This document shows positions 42,690 through 55,591 of a DNA stretch of 64,000 nt, in pieces (within the stretch, counting starts at the first letter, position 1; each line of letters begins with the position of its first letter). Below the pieces are notes generated by a model, which was not told the DNA's origin, did no database searches, and saw only the letters and a list, made by a program, of their open reading frames with translations. The position numbers were made by a program, and so were the translations under genes. The stretch is from Nemertoderma westbladi (Eukaryota; Animalia; Xenacoelomorpha): contig JAUCBJ010000001.1 of the NCBI GenBank assembly GCA_032718475.1, positions 1 through 64,000 of the forward strand, read 5' to 3'.

Positions 42690-45261
42690 CTGAAACACAA
42701 AAAAGCGATAATATTTTGATGACCCGCCATAAATTGGACACGTGCATAATTATAAAAAAATCAATCTAAATAGTAAATACACGCTTTGTTTGCAAACAGA
42801 GGTGTGCCAATCTTGAACTATACCTTTACCTTGAGTCAGTCAGTATCCATACCGTAGATATTTTTACTCTTAGATTACTTGGTATTGCTTTTAGCATTGG
42901 TGTCAATGTGGTGATCGTTTTAACGCAAATCCCATCTTGGCGAATTAATATCCCGTCTCAATGCATCACCGGTGATTATTCATATGGAAATAATTTCTAC
43001 CACATTATTGACAATTTACTTTCAATATTATGATGCTTGAATGTAGCAGTTGTTAATTATCATTTAAGTTGTGATCGCCCAAATAAATGACGACATACTG
43101 CAGTGCTGATAAAGCGAAGACAGGTGGTAGCATTGATTAATAGTTACCCTCTAAGCCTCGCATATGTATTCCATTTGAACGCGGCTTAACTGTGTGAACT
43201 ACTATATAACAAAGTCATGGAGGTTTCTACCCACAATTAAAGAATATACTGACATCTGCTGATTTACTGGGTTGTTTTTACTATAGTTCTTGGCGATATA
43301 ATTTAGCTACTTCCTAATGTGCCTCGCATAATATTATGAGTTACAGAAACAGCTGAACAATATATATCTAACAATTGAACGTTTACAGAGATGAGTCGCT
43401 TGTGATGGCCGAGAGTCTTGGAGAGCCCCTCGGGGGTGGGGTGGGGGGGGGGGGGGGGGGGGGGGGGGGCTATACGCAAATCCCATTTCGCCGAATTAAT
43501 ATTTCGTCTCATTGTTAAATGACCAATTTAGGAAAAGGAGCAGGTCATAGTAACCGAAAGACTATTCTAACCGAAAGTCAATAGAAAAGGTAACAGTTAT
43601 ATTTCTGAGAGTATACAGCTGTTATTTGCGTAGAGTTTCCCCTGAAGATGGAATCTGGAATACAAATACTAAATCCCCTTTTCTCGAGAAAGGATATCTC
43701 AACCTTCTTCGAATCTATGTACCTTAGATTCAGTTTGATCTAAACTCCAGAAGATATTCAACCTAGTTATTCTCAATGTATAGAACGGCTGTATTAGAGC
43801 TAGAGGATCAGAACAGCTTCCGGCTGAGTAGTGGCACCTTGGTACGTATTCAATCACAACAGGGGCTAAAAGGGAAAATAAGCATAAAAATAACAAGCAA
43901 TTAGCGATTGTCCTTGTAAATAATTGTCTTTTTGGATATCTCCAAATCCTTTCATCTGAGTGTGGTGAACTCGTCTGTCATAATGCTTCATCAAAAGTCT
44001 CTGATATGATTATTGCTGTAATTCCATCTGTTATGACGATTCTGAGAGGTTTGTTTCCACATGCAGGTAACTCTATCCGTTAAAGGAATTCTTCAGCGTA
44101 ATTATCCGTATGGAGACACCTTACCTGTTCATTATTATCTTACTGTCGACTACATCCTGCGTATTTAGGCCTACTGTATATCGCTGGACAAACAGAATAT
44201 CGAACAGAGTGGAGCGACAAAATGCCAGCTGAAACGTGCAGGTCACTATCTACTGTATGGTCTCGAAACTGAGCATCTAATAGGATCATAATGATGATCT
44301 TGATTTACTGTCAGTCACATTCTCTGGGAAGGCTTTTGACAAATAATGAATACCAATGAAGTTAGTGAGTTAGAAACTACACTTAACATTCTCTATGTCG
44401 GTTTCAAAGTCGCGACTGTATAGGCCTATTATCGATCGGTCCCAGTAAAATTAAGAGACCTGCAGCTGCAACAGGGCGATAATATTTTACATATTGTGAT
44501 TGTGGCAAAGCAAGTGCACTCTGAGACTCGGTGTCTGCAGGGTGATGCTCACTTTTTGCTTCCGACACTCTTATATACTTGTAGATTGCAGGGATGTCCA
44601 GAATGGAGAATGTCGATTCCGATAGCAGGTCACATAAAACATTGCATCTGAGTTATAAGATCTGGTATAGTATTTGTTGAACGCCCGACTTCCAACCTTT
44701 AGTTCTCCAGTTCGATCCCACGGGACGTCAATACCGACTTCACTAAGCTGTGCCAACAAAAATTATACTAAGGTTCTGGTTATTCCTTCGATGTATGTTA
44801 AATATATATGTTTTCATATCTGAGCATCGAATGTTGGTTGTGTACTGTACGTTGGGTAAGTGTATGATAACCAACACTTAGAGTGGAACATTACAGTACA
44901 TCAGCATTATCACTATGATCACTTTATTGATAATAACAGACAGCCGATTGCTTTTATTCCCACTGTGAGTGATTTCCGCAGTGGACGAGTATCTACTGAA
45001 TATCGCGATATTGACGGATCTAAGTGTATTGGAAGAACGTTCGCCCGCATCACTTCTTCTTACAGTTTCCTCTGAATACTTTAATTCATTTTTCATTAAA
45101 ATATACAAGCCACGCCCTTTATAGTTTTCTCACCGTAATTCCATTTGTTTTCATGGAAGAAGAATGCATTACTAGACTATTATTGAGATATATAGCTGGA
45201 AGGAAGGCTTGGACTAGCCTTACGAGGCACAGTTATGAGCAAAAAACAAAAAGCAAACAGT

Positions 45262-45476
45262 CGGACGAAGCCGGAGGCGACCCGAAGGCTCCTCTTTCGA
45301 TAGCTGCTACCCGAGGGTAGGGGTGGGCGCTACTACTATCCCAAGATTTGCTCCCAGTTATTTAACTGGTACTCATTTTATCGACCACAGTGGATGAAAG
45401 GCTGAGTGGACCCTGGTGGGGCTGAAACTACAACCAATAGATTGCAGGCCCGGCGCTCTACCAACTGAGCTACCCC
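45262..45476 (-). mobile_element. tRNA-derived SINE
   Basis: Head GGGGTAGCTCAGTTGGTAGAGCG (A box) with a degenerate B box; central CACTCAGCCTTTCATCC...GTCGATAAAATGAGTACCAG; tail GTAGCGCCCACCCCTACCCTCGGGTAGCAGCTATCGAAAGAGGAGCCTTCGGGTCGCC. Confidence 0.75.
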
Positions 45477-45959
45477 GTTATACAGTTATGAGAGACAAAT
45501 TCAAATGAGCGATTCTAGAACAAAATCGTTATGGGGATTGCAGCAGTATAATTTTTAAGTATATTATACTATTAATTTAATCTTATTGTAGAAAATAATA
45601 AATTTCCATAAAATGATTCGCTGAAAAATGCCCTTTTTTACCGAAATTAACATAATTAACAAATTAACTGCTCTTATCCCAGCTTCCCGAAGGCCACAAG
45701 TAAATTCTACTGTACTGTACTTGGAAAATTTCGAAGAGCGGTATTTTCTTTGAAAAGTACGAAACAAAACTTCTGCTTGCATTTTTCACGTAATCGACCA
45801 TCATGCTGATTCCAAAAACAGGTTACAACTTCTGAAAATAAAGCATAACAAAGGAGTAATATCGCTTACTTTCGTGGCTCGACCCACAGCTATACAAATC
45901 TGTATCTTATACTGTTTTCCCGACTACAATATCTGACCCTCGCGACTCATTTTACTCAC

Positions 45960-46218
45960 CATTTCTAATAAAATCTTTGCATATAGCGAAGGCGCTCTCT
46001 ATTGGGTTGCTAAGCATCTCCATGACAATAGATTTCAACCGGACCTTTGGACCTTCTCCTGCCTGCTCCAACGCATTAAGAGTTGTTAGTGTCTCGTCTA
46101 CGACGCTCTCAAAACGAGTATCGCTTAACAGAATACCTATTGTTATTTCCCTGTAGGTATCCGAAGTGACAGTTAAGGGGATACACAAGACCGCGAACAA
46201 TGTCTTAAGAAACACCAT
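45960..46218 (-). CDS. GRIN1: NMDA receptor subunit GluN1, coding exon 1 (signal peptide + start of amino-terminal domain)
   Basis: ATG at 46218. Encodes MVFLKTLFAVLCIPLTVTS (signal-like), then ITIGILLS and NPIESAFAICKDFI, resembling GluN1 VNIGAVLS and NAIQMALSVCEDLI. Ends at donor AAT G|GTGAGT (phase 1). Confidence 0.9.
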
Positions 46219-46321
46219 ATTAAAAGTAAAAATATAATAGATTGTTTCATAAGCGTGATAACAACGTATAACAAAACAATAGTGCGTATATCAATAGAAA
46301 TAATAGCACTACTGCTGTACT

Positions 46322-46577
46322 GTACTTATATTTAATTAGTTTATTTGATTGATTTGATTTTGTTTCGATTGATTTATTGATACAGGGGGAAGGGGACTGG
46401 ACTCAACTCCCATCACGGGGATAGTTCTTTTTACAGAACAGAACCCAAAGTACTTATATTTAATTAGTTTATTTGATTGATTTGATTTTGTTTCGATTGA
46501 TTTATTGATACAGGGGGAAGGGGACTGGACTCAACTCCCATCACGGGGATAGTTCTTTTTACAGAACAGAACCCAAA
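46322..46577. repeat. 128-bp near-perfect tandem duplication
   Basis: 46322-46449 is repeated at 46450-46577; only G-run lengths differ. Confidence 0.95.
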
Positions 46578-47410
46578 CACACTCCAAAAACTGCCGAACA
46601 CAATCGAACACAGTTGGAAATACTGTATAAAGAGCACAAAAAATAACACCGGGTACCAACTTTTAGGTCAAAATTAGCCACGCGTTGCTTTTCTAAAAGA
46701 AAATTCCCGAAATACTTGAATAAAATTGTCGCGAAATTAAATATTCATTTCTTATCAGGTAGGCCTATCATTTGTTGTGTAGTCCTACAGTACTGCTTGC
46801 TGTACTGTATAACAAACTATGTAGGGAAGCCTACAGGGCACAGTACCTGTCACATATATACAGTAGTAATAGTGGGTTAGCTAATAGGCCTGTTAGCCTG
46901 TGTACTGGAATAGCTTGGTCTGGGACTGATTGCTGAGGATATGAATTATGAAGTTAGGCCCGTTACCGTACGTACTGTAATGACGTACGGTACAACACGT
47001 CGGTACAATATAGATACCGGTACCTACCTGCCTACTGCTGCAGTGGAATATAAAGAGTTGGGTCCCGCTTAGGTACCTACCCTGGCAGGTACCGGTAGCG
47101 ATCTCTGTCCCGGTGCTAACAACACTACATAACTTATGCCTACTACAGTGTACTACTGTATGTTAAATTATTAGTTGTCGGCTTAGGCTACGCCATGTCT
47201 GATCAGATAAGAAATTAATATTTAATTTCGCGACAATTTTATTCAATAATTTCAGGAATTTGCTTATAGACAAGCAACGCGTGGCTAATTTTATCTAAAA
47301 GTTGGTACCCGGTGGTATTTTTTTGTGCTCTTTCTATTTTCGACTGTGTTCGGCAGTTTTTGGAGTGTGTTCGGTTGTGTTCTACTGTGTTCGCTTGTGT
47401 TCTGTAAAAA
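46556..47410. mobile_element. MITE with ~200-bp TIRs
   Basis: 46556-46756 is the reverse complement of 47206-47410 (e.g. GGGTACCAACTTTTAG, AATTAGCCACGCGTTGC, TTGAATAAAATTGTCGCGAAATTAAATATT). Confidence 0.85.
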
Positions 47411-47873
47411 TATCAATCCATAATAATAGTAAATAGTAATAATATTAATAATAAAATAACATGGGTTTCGTTTGAATGGCCCGAATAATTAATCGACAAT
47501 ATTGTACATACATGTTATACGACGTGTTAATGGGTAGGCGTACATATCAGATCAAAAAAAATACTGATAGAACTGTACATGTATGCCCATCCATACAGTA
47601 TTATACTATCTACAGGACATATAGAACAAGGCTAAATGAGCATTACTAAGTAGCATCATGCTGGTAATGAATCGATCTCAAACTACTGTAACTTATTGCT
47701 TTACTATGGGTAGAGATGGGATGGATGGGCCCATTACTACAGTACTGTACATGATATCCAATGTATCCGACAGCTGAGACGGCGAGGGGGGGGGGGGGGG
47801 GGGGGGGGTTGACGCTAATCCCATCTCGGGTAACCAATATCTTGTCGAATTATCAATGTTGATAATCAATTAA

Positions 47874-49049
47874 GGGAGGGGGAATTCTTCGAATTTTTTT
47901 TTTCTTCGAATCGAATTTTTTTCAAAATTTTATTTTTATTAATTATTCTAGAGCTTCAGATTTTTATCAAGATTCCAAATTTGAAAACAATTTAGCAAGA
48001 TCTATCTTACTTCTCGATATATGGCTGTCTGTCCGTTTGACTGTCGGTCTGCCGTCAGTATGTCTGTTCGTCAACAGTATCTGTCTAAAAAATTCCGTAT
48101 ACAGGTTTTCGGGGTCGGTGACTTCATTTTTGATGTTATTATTCTATTTTGGCCTCGTCGTTTCCGTCTGTATGCCTGTCAGTCTGTCCGTCATAATATA
48201 ACCGACAGACATTTTGGAATTAATCAAATGTTACAAGTGATACTCGTAATGAATTCTGCGACTAGGAAAACCCCTATAACTAAACTTTTAGCTAGATGGT
48301 GAGACCTTTGCTTATAGTTGAAGGAGAGATTGTCGGATAGTCAGATAGACCGACAGAAATAATGTAGATTTAATTGAAAGTTAAACCTAACCTCAGAAAT
48401 GAAATCAGCGACCAGGAAAACGCCCGTGGCAAAAATCTTAGCATGGTTTTGTGCTTTCTTGTTGATAGGTATATATTGACAGACATTATCTCATAATAAC
48501 AGACAGTTTTTACGCGGGAAGGTTCAAAATTAAAAAAAAATATTTCAGAATAAAATTTTTCATTTTGAAAACACTACTTTTCCGCCATTTTTCAACCAAA
48601 TCTCATGATTTTAGGCTCAATCGAAAAGGTTTCGGCAGTTCTCTAACATTTATCTTATAGAATTTCGAAATTTTTTTTATATTTCATGTAATAGTTGATT
48701 TTAATCAAAATAATTAAAATTCATTAATTAAATTAATTCATTTTTTTAAATTATTTAAATAAAAATTATATAAGATGAATTTTGTAGATGCTATCGTTCT
48801 GAATCCAAAAAAGTTGATTTCAAGAAATTTGGACCAAGATTGAGGGACTAGTTAGTGTTTTTAGTTAAATTCTCAATTCCACCGCCAGCCGCTAGGGGAG
48901 ACCAAAAAATTCCAATCTTACGATTAGAGACTATTTGGCCTTCCAGACATAGGTTGGCGACGATAAAATTGTTATATTAAACTACAGTATAACCCAAAGT
49001 AATGGCCAATTCAAAAGAAAGTGGCTACAGTATTTGGGGGTACCCCCCC
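47874..49049. mobile_element. non-autonomous element with TTAA flanks and GGG...CCC termini (Kolobok-like)
   Basis: TTAA|GGGAGGGG at the left and CCCCCCC|TTAA at the right. The TIR is short, so the call is tentative. Confidence 0.5.
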
Positions 49050-50418
49050 TTAAGGTAAGAAAAAGAATGTATGCAAGACTCTACAGTACAGTATATCTCA
49101 TACAGACTGACAGACTGTAGAGCATAAGGTGTATCCAACATCTATACTCTGCTACGTTTACATAAGAGGGATACAACATACATTCTCTACTATACAGTTC
49201 TGGTTTGGTGAGCTACCCAGCGTACTGTAGGCCTAGATATACAGTAGGTTAGCTTACATACCGTCCACCACGGTCCACTTCACGGCAGAATCCCCTAAGT
49301 AGATTTTTTTCGATTTTCACTTTTTGGGTAATTAGATACGGATTGTTCATTTGGCAGAGTCTCTTACGTTTCAACCATCCATTATTTAAATATTGGCTAA
49401 TAAACAAAAGCTAAAAACCTGTAACTTACTACTTGGTTTTACACCAGCAAAGCTCCTTAAATTTTTTTATCGACTTTTTTATCGACTATCTCAGAATTAA
49501 AAAATGAATTTGCATAAAATATTTAAAACAACAATTACCGGTACCAGATTACGCCTACTACATAATAATAAACATTACTGCATTAATGAAATAAACAGAT
49601 ACTAGATAGGTACTTTATAAAAAAAACCTACAGTGCTACTGTACTACAGTAAATTACAATTACAGGTAAATTATACAAATTCGTCAAGTAAATACATACC
49701 AGTACAATAATTAAATAAAAATGGTTTAACATTTTATCACAAAAACAACAACTATTGTTGGGCAGCCTAACTGAGCTGCTCACAATAGAACTTGGAATTA
49801 AATCCATAGTAAAGGAGATCAGCTTCAAATAGTGAGGGAGATGGGGAGAGTAAACGTCTCTTATTGGTTGAAATCAAATACCGGTACTTATTTAAGAAGA
49901 TTTGGTTTTCATGATCTCAACTATAATAATATAGTTTAGTTTTCTTTGTTAATGAATTGTCTGATATATACATTTTAAACAACTTTCACAACTTACTGGA
50001 ATATATTAATGGGGGTAGTTTTCTCATGTCACACTCCCAAACACTTTCTTCGAGGTGAATTAAAGCGAGGAGCGATGTCATGTCATGTTAGATTTATGGC
50101 TAATGACTATATGAACGACGGAAAGAGGGGTGCATGTAAAGAGTGGACTGCGGACTGGCGGACTACGGACTGCGGATTGTTAATTAAAAGCCCAAATATG
50201 CGCGGTCAATTTGAATTATAGCATTATAATGTAAGAATCCGCTCTTTGTTGTCTGGACTGACAAACGGCGGACTGAAGCCAGAAAATTGTAACCTGATTG
50301 GCTCAATCATTTACATAGGCCGAAAGGGAACTTTCCTGAATCCTCTTATTGCAGTATTGGCTTCAATGTTTTCATTGTGACACATAGAGATTGAAACAAT
50401 TCCATTCCAACATTACTA

Positions 50419-52499
50419 GGGTGAGTGAGAAAGACTTGAACCCCAAAAGTTATAATCATTCTAAAGAGCAGATAAATTATTTTTCCAATGCTGTTTTAAC
50501 TTTATCACATTACATTTATGATTGCTATTATTATGTGAAAGTTTGGGAAATTCAGCACTTAAACTTTTTTAATTAAATCCAAAAATTCATATTTTCCTTA
50601 AAGCGTCAAGTCTCCCTCAATGGGGGGAGACTTGACACCTAGGGTGGGGTGGGAGACTTGAACCCAGGCCCGTATGGTGACCATTATATCTGGGGGGGCA
50701 GAGGCCAAAATCTGGGGGGGGGGGGGCAATCCCATAACTTTAATTGGGGGGCAAACAGCAAAGTGGGAGTTAATTTAGTATATAAAGTATAATCAATATT
50801 ATTTAAAGGTGTGTGCGGCGAGCCACAAAGTTGGCGGAGCCATGGCAAACTGACTGTTAGGAGGTAGGGCAATTTTGGCAAATAGTTGTTGTCGTTACGA
50901 TTTTGATATGCCAATATCTTTGTCGGATTTAATTAAAGCTGTCGAGTTTAAAAGGCATAAATATGTCCAAAAGTTAAGGTTAATATTACAAAAAAAACAA
51001 AAATTTTTAGATATGTATACCAGCGCAAGCAACCATCGGCGCCTAGCCTATTACTATTAGCTGCAAGCTGGCTCCCATACTGCAGACAACAGGTCAACAG
51101 CGAACAACCCCTGTCCTGGTAGAAGGAAGAAAGAGAACCTGGAGATTCCGTGTAAGTTTAGTAATTATGAGCTGCAATCTGATAGGCCTAGAGTAAAGTA
51201 AAGTGTAATTGAATCACTATCAAAATCTATAAAGAGATGCGGTCTGCTAACAAGCTTTCCTGTGTGTAGCAAAATATAACAAATACATAACGGTACACCA
51301 TGTAATTCGACACAGGCTCTGGCAGTGCCATTCCCATTATAATTGGACCAAGTGGAATGGTATGGTGGGGAGTCAGGTCAGGTCAGTGGGCAGAAGGTGT
51401 ATGTGAATCCAATAATAATGATTACCAAAAATGAACAAGAGAACTGGGGGGGCAGTGGGTCTTGTTTGGGGGGGTAGTGCCCCCAAAGCTCCCCCCCCCC
51501 GCACGGTACGGGCCTGCTTGAACCCCACCTCGCATTCTTGTAAATTCGTTCAAAAATGCATAAGAAGTGTAATAATTACATGTTCAACATATCTATTTTC
51601 TAGTAGAGCAGCAAAATTGCAAAAAATACAATTATTAATTTGTCAAATTATTATCCAAAATTTTGTATAAATTTAGGTGGTCGTTCACATGGTTCTCCCA
51701 ACAAGAACTGAATAAATAATAGCTCATTAAAACCGCAATAAAATTTAACGCGGGAAGGTACTTTTTAATAATAAATATCTTGTATAATTTTCAATCCAGT
51801 AGCATTTTAATTGTTTTCCTGTAATTCTATTGATGTGTGCCGCTTTCTGACAAAGTGCCATCTTCTTTAAGCTGTCAATCACCAAGTTGGCGGGCTACCA
51901 CATTGCAAAGAGGGAAGGAAGAGTTGTTGGTTGGCTTGGCTGAGTTTGGTTTAGTATAGAGATGGGCTACTCCTACTGCATGAAGCATAGCCATCCATTG
52001 ATAGCTGCGTCGGTGTAAGTGCCAATCAACTAGTTGGAGTGCTCTGGTGTAATGGTTCTCTATGTGGGTGTATCTCTAGGTAGACGTAAGCATTGGCGGG
52101 TTCAAGTCTCCCTCACACTCGGGCGTCATGTCTCCCCACATGGGCTTTTTTATATTAATTGATATAATTTGAAAACGGCTGAACCAAAACTGGAAAACAA
52201 TATATGGCAGGATAGTGCAATAATTAGTCAAAACATGTGGGTTATTACAATAACCATGCAATATAATAAGGTTGCGAATTCTCATTCGTTCTAAAGTATT
52301 AAAATTTACTTTTGAACTCAGAAAACGTTTATTGACAATAAAACAAAAAATAACAAAAGGTAATAATACATTGTTGCGCGGATGTAGCCTACATGTATTT
52401 TACACATTTTTGTGTGGTATTGTCAAATAATTTACAATAGTTTCTGAGTTATTCCAAAAAATCAAGTCTCCCCTAAAGTCAAGTCTCCCTCACTCACCC
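50419..52499. mobile_element. Tc1/pogo-like non-autonomous element nested in the MULE
   Basis: Ends TA|GGGTGAGTGAGAAAGACTTGA and TCAAGTCTCCCTCACTCACCC|TA, with internal GGGGAGACTTGA subterminal repeats. Confidence 0.8.
50665..51516. mobile_element. hAT-type non-autonomous element nested in the pogo-like element
   Basis: TIRs CAGGCCCGTA/TACGGGCCTG and a perfect 8-bp TSD CTTGAACC at 50657-50664 and 51517-51524. Confidence 0.88.
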
Positions 52500-52906
52500 T
52501 ACAGTATAATTATACTGTAAGTAATTAAGTAGGCCTACCGGTATCAATTAAGCTGCTTTCAGCAGGCATGTACTGTTGGCCTACCGGCTACCGGTTGAAG
52601 TTTTCGATTAAATCAAACTAAAACTAAGTAAAATAAATGTATCTTATTTCCTGTATTACAGTGTTTCACAATGGTAAACATTTAAAAGCCAATGGGATGA
52701 TTCATTATCCATTCTTCATTCTTCAGTTCCCTTTCAGCCTATGTAAATGATTGAGCCAATCAGGTTACAATTCACCGGCTTCAGTCCGCCATTTGTCCAG
52801 ACAACAAAGAGCGGATTCTTAGTTTGGAAGTCGATAATTTAAATTGACCGCGCGGATTTTGGCAATCCGCAGTCCGTAGTCCGCAGTCCGCTCATTACAT
52901 GCACCC

Positions 52907-53715
52907 CGGAAAGAGAGTGGACGGAGTAACACTCGCTCCATGGTCGAACCCTCACGCTCACCCTCACCTGGGACTTTACAGTAGTGGACCCTCTGGCTCC
53001 CATTCACCTCCAGCAAACACTCATTGCCGGTGGCCGTACTGCGGAGGGAGCTGAAGAGGGAAGAACGCGACGTATGCCGAGATAATGGAGAGTCTAATTC
53101 ACCGTCTTAATTCACTTCACCCCCACAACAATTCATTTATTATTATTTATTAACAGTCTGGGCCTGGAATTCGGGGAAACAGTGGTTTCTACAACACTGA
53201 ATAGGTACTCTTTGAGGCATGGTTGTCGTTACTGGCAGATCACGGGTATACAGTAACACGTTGTACTTTCTTTCGAGTGACTGTAATAAGGCCAAAATAT
53301 GATAGCCACTATATCTTTATCCGTCCTGGTAGCTCAGTTGCCATAGACACACACATTCGGCAGATGATAATCGGAAGTTTGTAACCTACTGTTGGTGCCG
53401 GTTTCGAGCTAATTGTGGAGAGGATTATCATATTGTTATATTACATTAATTATACTGTATATATTTAAATCACCGTCACTCCACTCCACAACAATTAATT
53501 TATTAAATAATGCGGAGAGGAGGGGCCCACATTATTCACCCTTCTGCTTCTGTGGCCTTTGAGACCTTGGGCCCGAGATAGCTGCCTTCCCGGGGGAGAT
53601 CTGTTCCCGCCTCCATTCCTTGACCCATGTAGGTAACCAGGTCACACAGGTTGCCCCGCAGGCCCAGCGAATCTTGGATAATTTTGCAGCTTCGGCGACG
53701 GCCACCGCAGGTCCA
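52907..53715 (+). mobile_element. CRE-clade non-LTR retrotransposon 3' fragment (restriction-like endonuclease domain), interrupted
   Basis: Removing the MULE joins 50113-50127 to this segment, giving NDGKRVDGVTLAPWS. It continues LTWDFTVVDPLAPIHL...AEGAEE and, after a ~420-bp insertion, VAFETLGP. Confidence 0.8.
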
Positions 53716-55519
53716 TCTCCAGTATACAACCTCTTCAAATCGGGTGGTTGATGAATTGGTTGGCGTGGTTGACGTTGCCAGTAGACAGTTGCCTTTCTGT
53801 TCTTAAAACTCTATTGATATGTTTTAACATCGGAAAATAAAGTTTATTATCGAAATTATTACTGTATATTGCTAATACATTGCTACACTAACTAACGACT
53901 TCCTGAATAATAGGATTAATTTTGGGCTAATTTAAACGTTTGGTGCTATAATAACACCTTTTACATATTATTTTAATCATTCTCATATAATGATACCTTC
54001 AATACGAAGGTATGCTGTGTGTACTGGACAATGTTTCAGACTACAAATATTGGCCTACATTTACTACTACTGTATTTGTAACTACACTATGTAAATATTA
54101 CAAAAATGTTATACAGTATTTCAGATTTAATATTTTCAGTAAATCAAATTTATCGTATCAAGTTTGAAATTTTATTCGCGATACTTTTTAATTTAAGAAG
54201 TGTCATTAGCCTGTAAGTTCCTGTATCCTGCAGAGTAAATTAGGGGCTCATTACAAACTGAAACTGTAACCAGTAGGCCTACTATTGAGTATTGACTCAT
54301 GACTCTCTTTGAATGTTTTTATTTATACTTGAATGTGCCGTGACAATCCATCCACTCTTTACATACCAGTAGTTTTACCTACTGGTAAAGCTGCCTACTG
54401 AATTTATTATTGAATTGGCTAATTTCAAGAAGACAGATATTAAGCCATGTGAGCTGAATGTTGAGTTTAATTAAGTCTTTCAGTATATATACACTATACA
54501 ATAATATACATTGTACAAACCTACTTTACTGCGTTGCGTAGGCGTTTGTAGTATCCAGTTCAGCAATATATGGCATGTTTGATTCGAGTTTTAAATGATG
54601 GCGCTTAAGGGAATTCCTTATTAAAAAGCATACGTAATTTTTCTTCACTTTGGGAACTACTGTTCAGTACAGTAAAAGGATAGCATACCGGTAATAACTT
54701 CCTTGTTTGGATAAATGAAACTTTTCTGTATTTCATCCTGCAGCAATAAGTAAATTAATAATGTTGTGACCCATCGACCTACTGTACCTAAGGTATACAG
54801 TAATTACAGTACCAGCGGTAGAGTTAATTAAATTGATTGGTTGTTAAACCATTTCAATAAAATAATTGGCTTTTTATATTATGACAACCACACATGAATG
54901 ACAATGGGAATACGTATAATTTATTGTAAGTGAGGTTGGGGATTGGGTCGGTTGGTTGATTTGTTTGGAGTGGGGGGAACGGTGTCCAAACATTAAAACT
55001 TCTTAATTTTTATTCTTTTTGGTAACCTAATGGAAGATTCGGGAATCCCATAGAAACTTTCGCCTGTAGCCGGTTTGGAACAATACAGAAGGGAATTCCA
55101 GACAGAAGGTGCCTTAAATAAGATGCCGTCAAAAGGGGGAGGGGGGGGGGGGTGATATAAAATATACAACCATTCTGTACTGTACAGTAGCAGGTATCGT
55201 AGCCATATACAGTACTGTAGTTAGTTGTGTGTTGCCATTCTACTGTATTTCCAATTAAAATGTAACATACTGGGTTGTACAGTAGTGTCAATACAATTCC
55301 TCCTACTTCCTGCGGCCATTGAGTTTTCTCCACTTTTTGTTTTTACTAAATTCGTACGGTAATGTACGGTATAACCTGCAAGTATCCATCTCAACACCCC
55401 CTAACTTCCAGCCACACCCACCTCAAAAAAAAAGGGGGGGGGGGGGGGGGGCTATAGGCAGGGGCTGTTGCGCTGTCAATCAGAGAGGTAATAGCCCATG
55501 GAGTAAGGATTTACCCATG

Positions 55520-55591
55520 GGGCGCTAACTATCAGATAGTCTGATACCAACTGTCAGACAGTCTTTTTCAACTATCAGATAGATGACGCCC
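55520..55591. other. 72-bp mini inverted-repeat element
   Basis: Ends GGGCGCTAACTATCAGATAG and CTATCAGATAGATGACGCCC, with internal palindromes ACTATC-A-GATAGT and ACTGTC-A-GACAGT. Confidence 0.45.

Larger units (their letters stand above)
50128..52906. mobile_element. Mutator (MULE)-type non-autonomous element
   Basis: ~200-bp TIRs (GGGTGCATGTAA...TTACATGCACCC) and a perfect 9-bp TSD CGGAAAGAG at 50119-50127 and 52907-52915. Confidence 0.88.

Noticed and set aside
45405-45476. Functional tRNA gene
   Set aside because: The T-arm/B box is degenerate and the sequence continues into a SINE-like body.
49425-49900. Possible upstream non-coding GRIN1 exon and promoter (donor-like GTAAGT at ~49430, CCAAT at ~49865)
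   Set aside because: Only short motifs support it, and no matching acceptor lies near the ATG.
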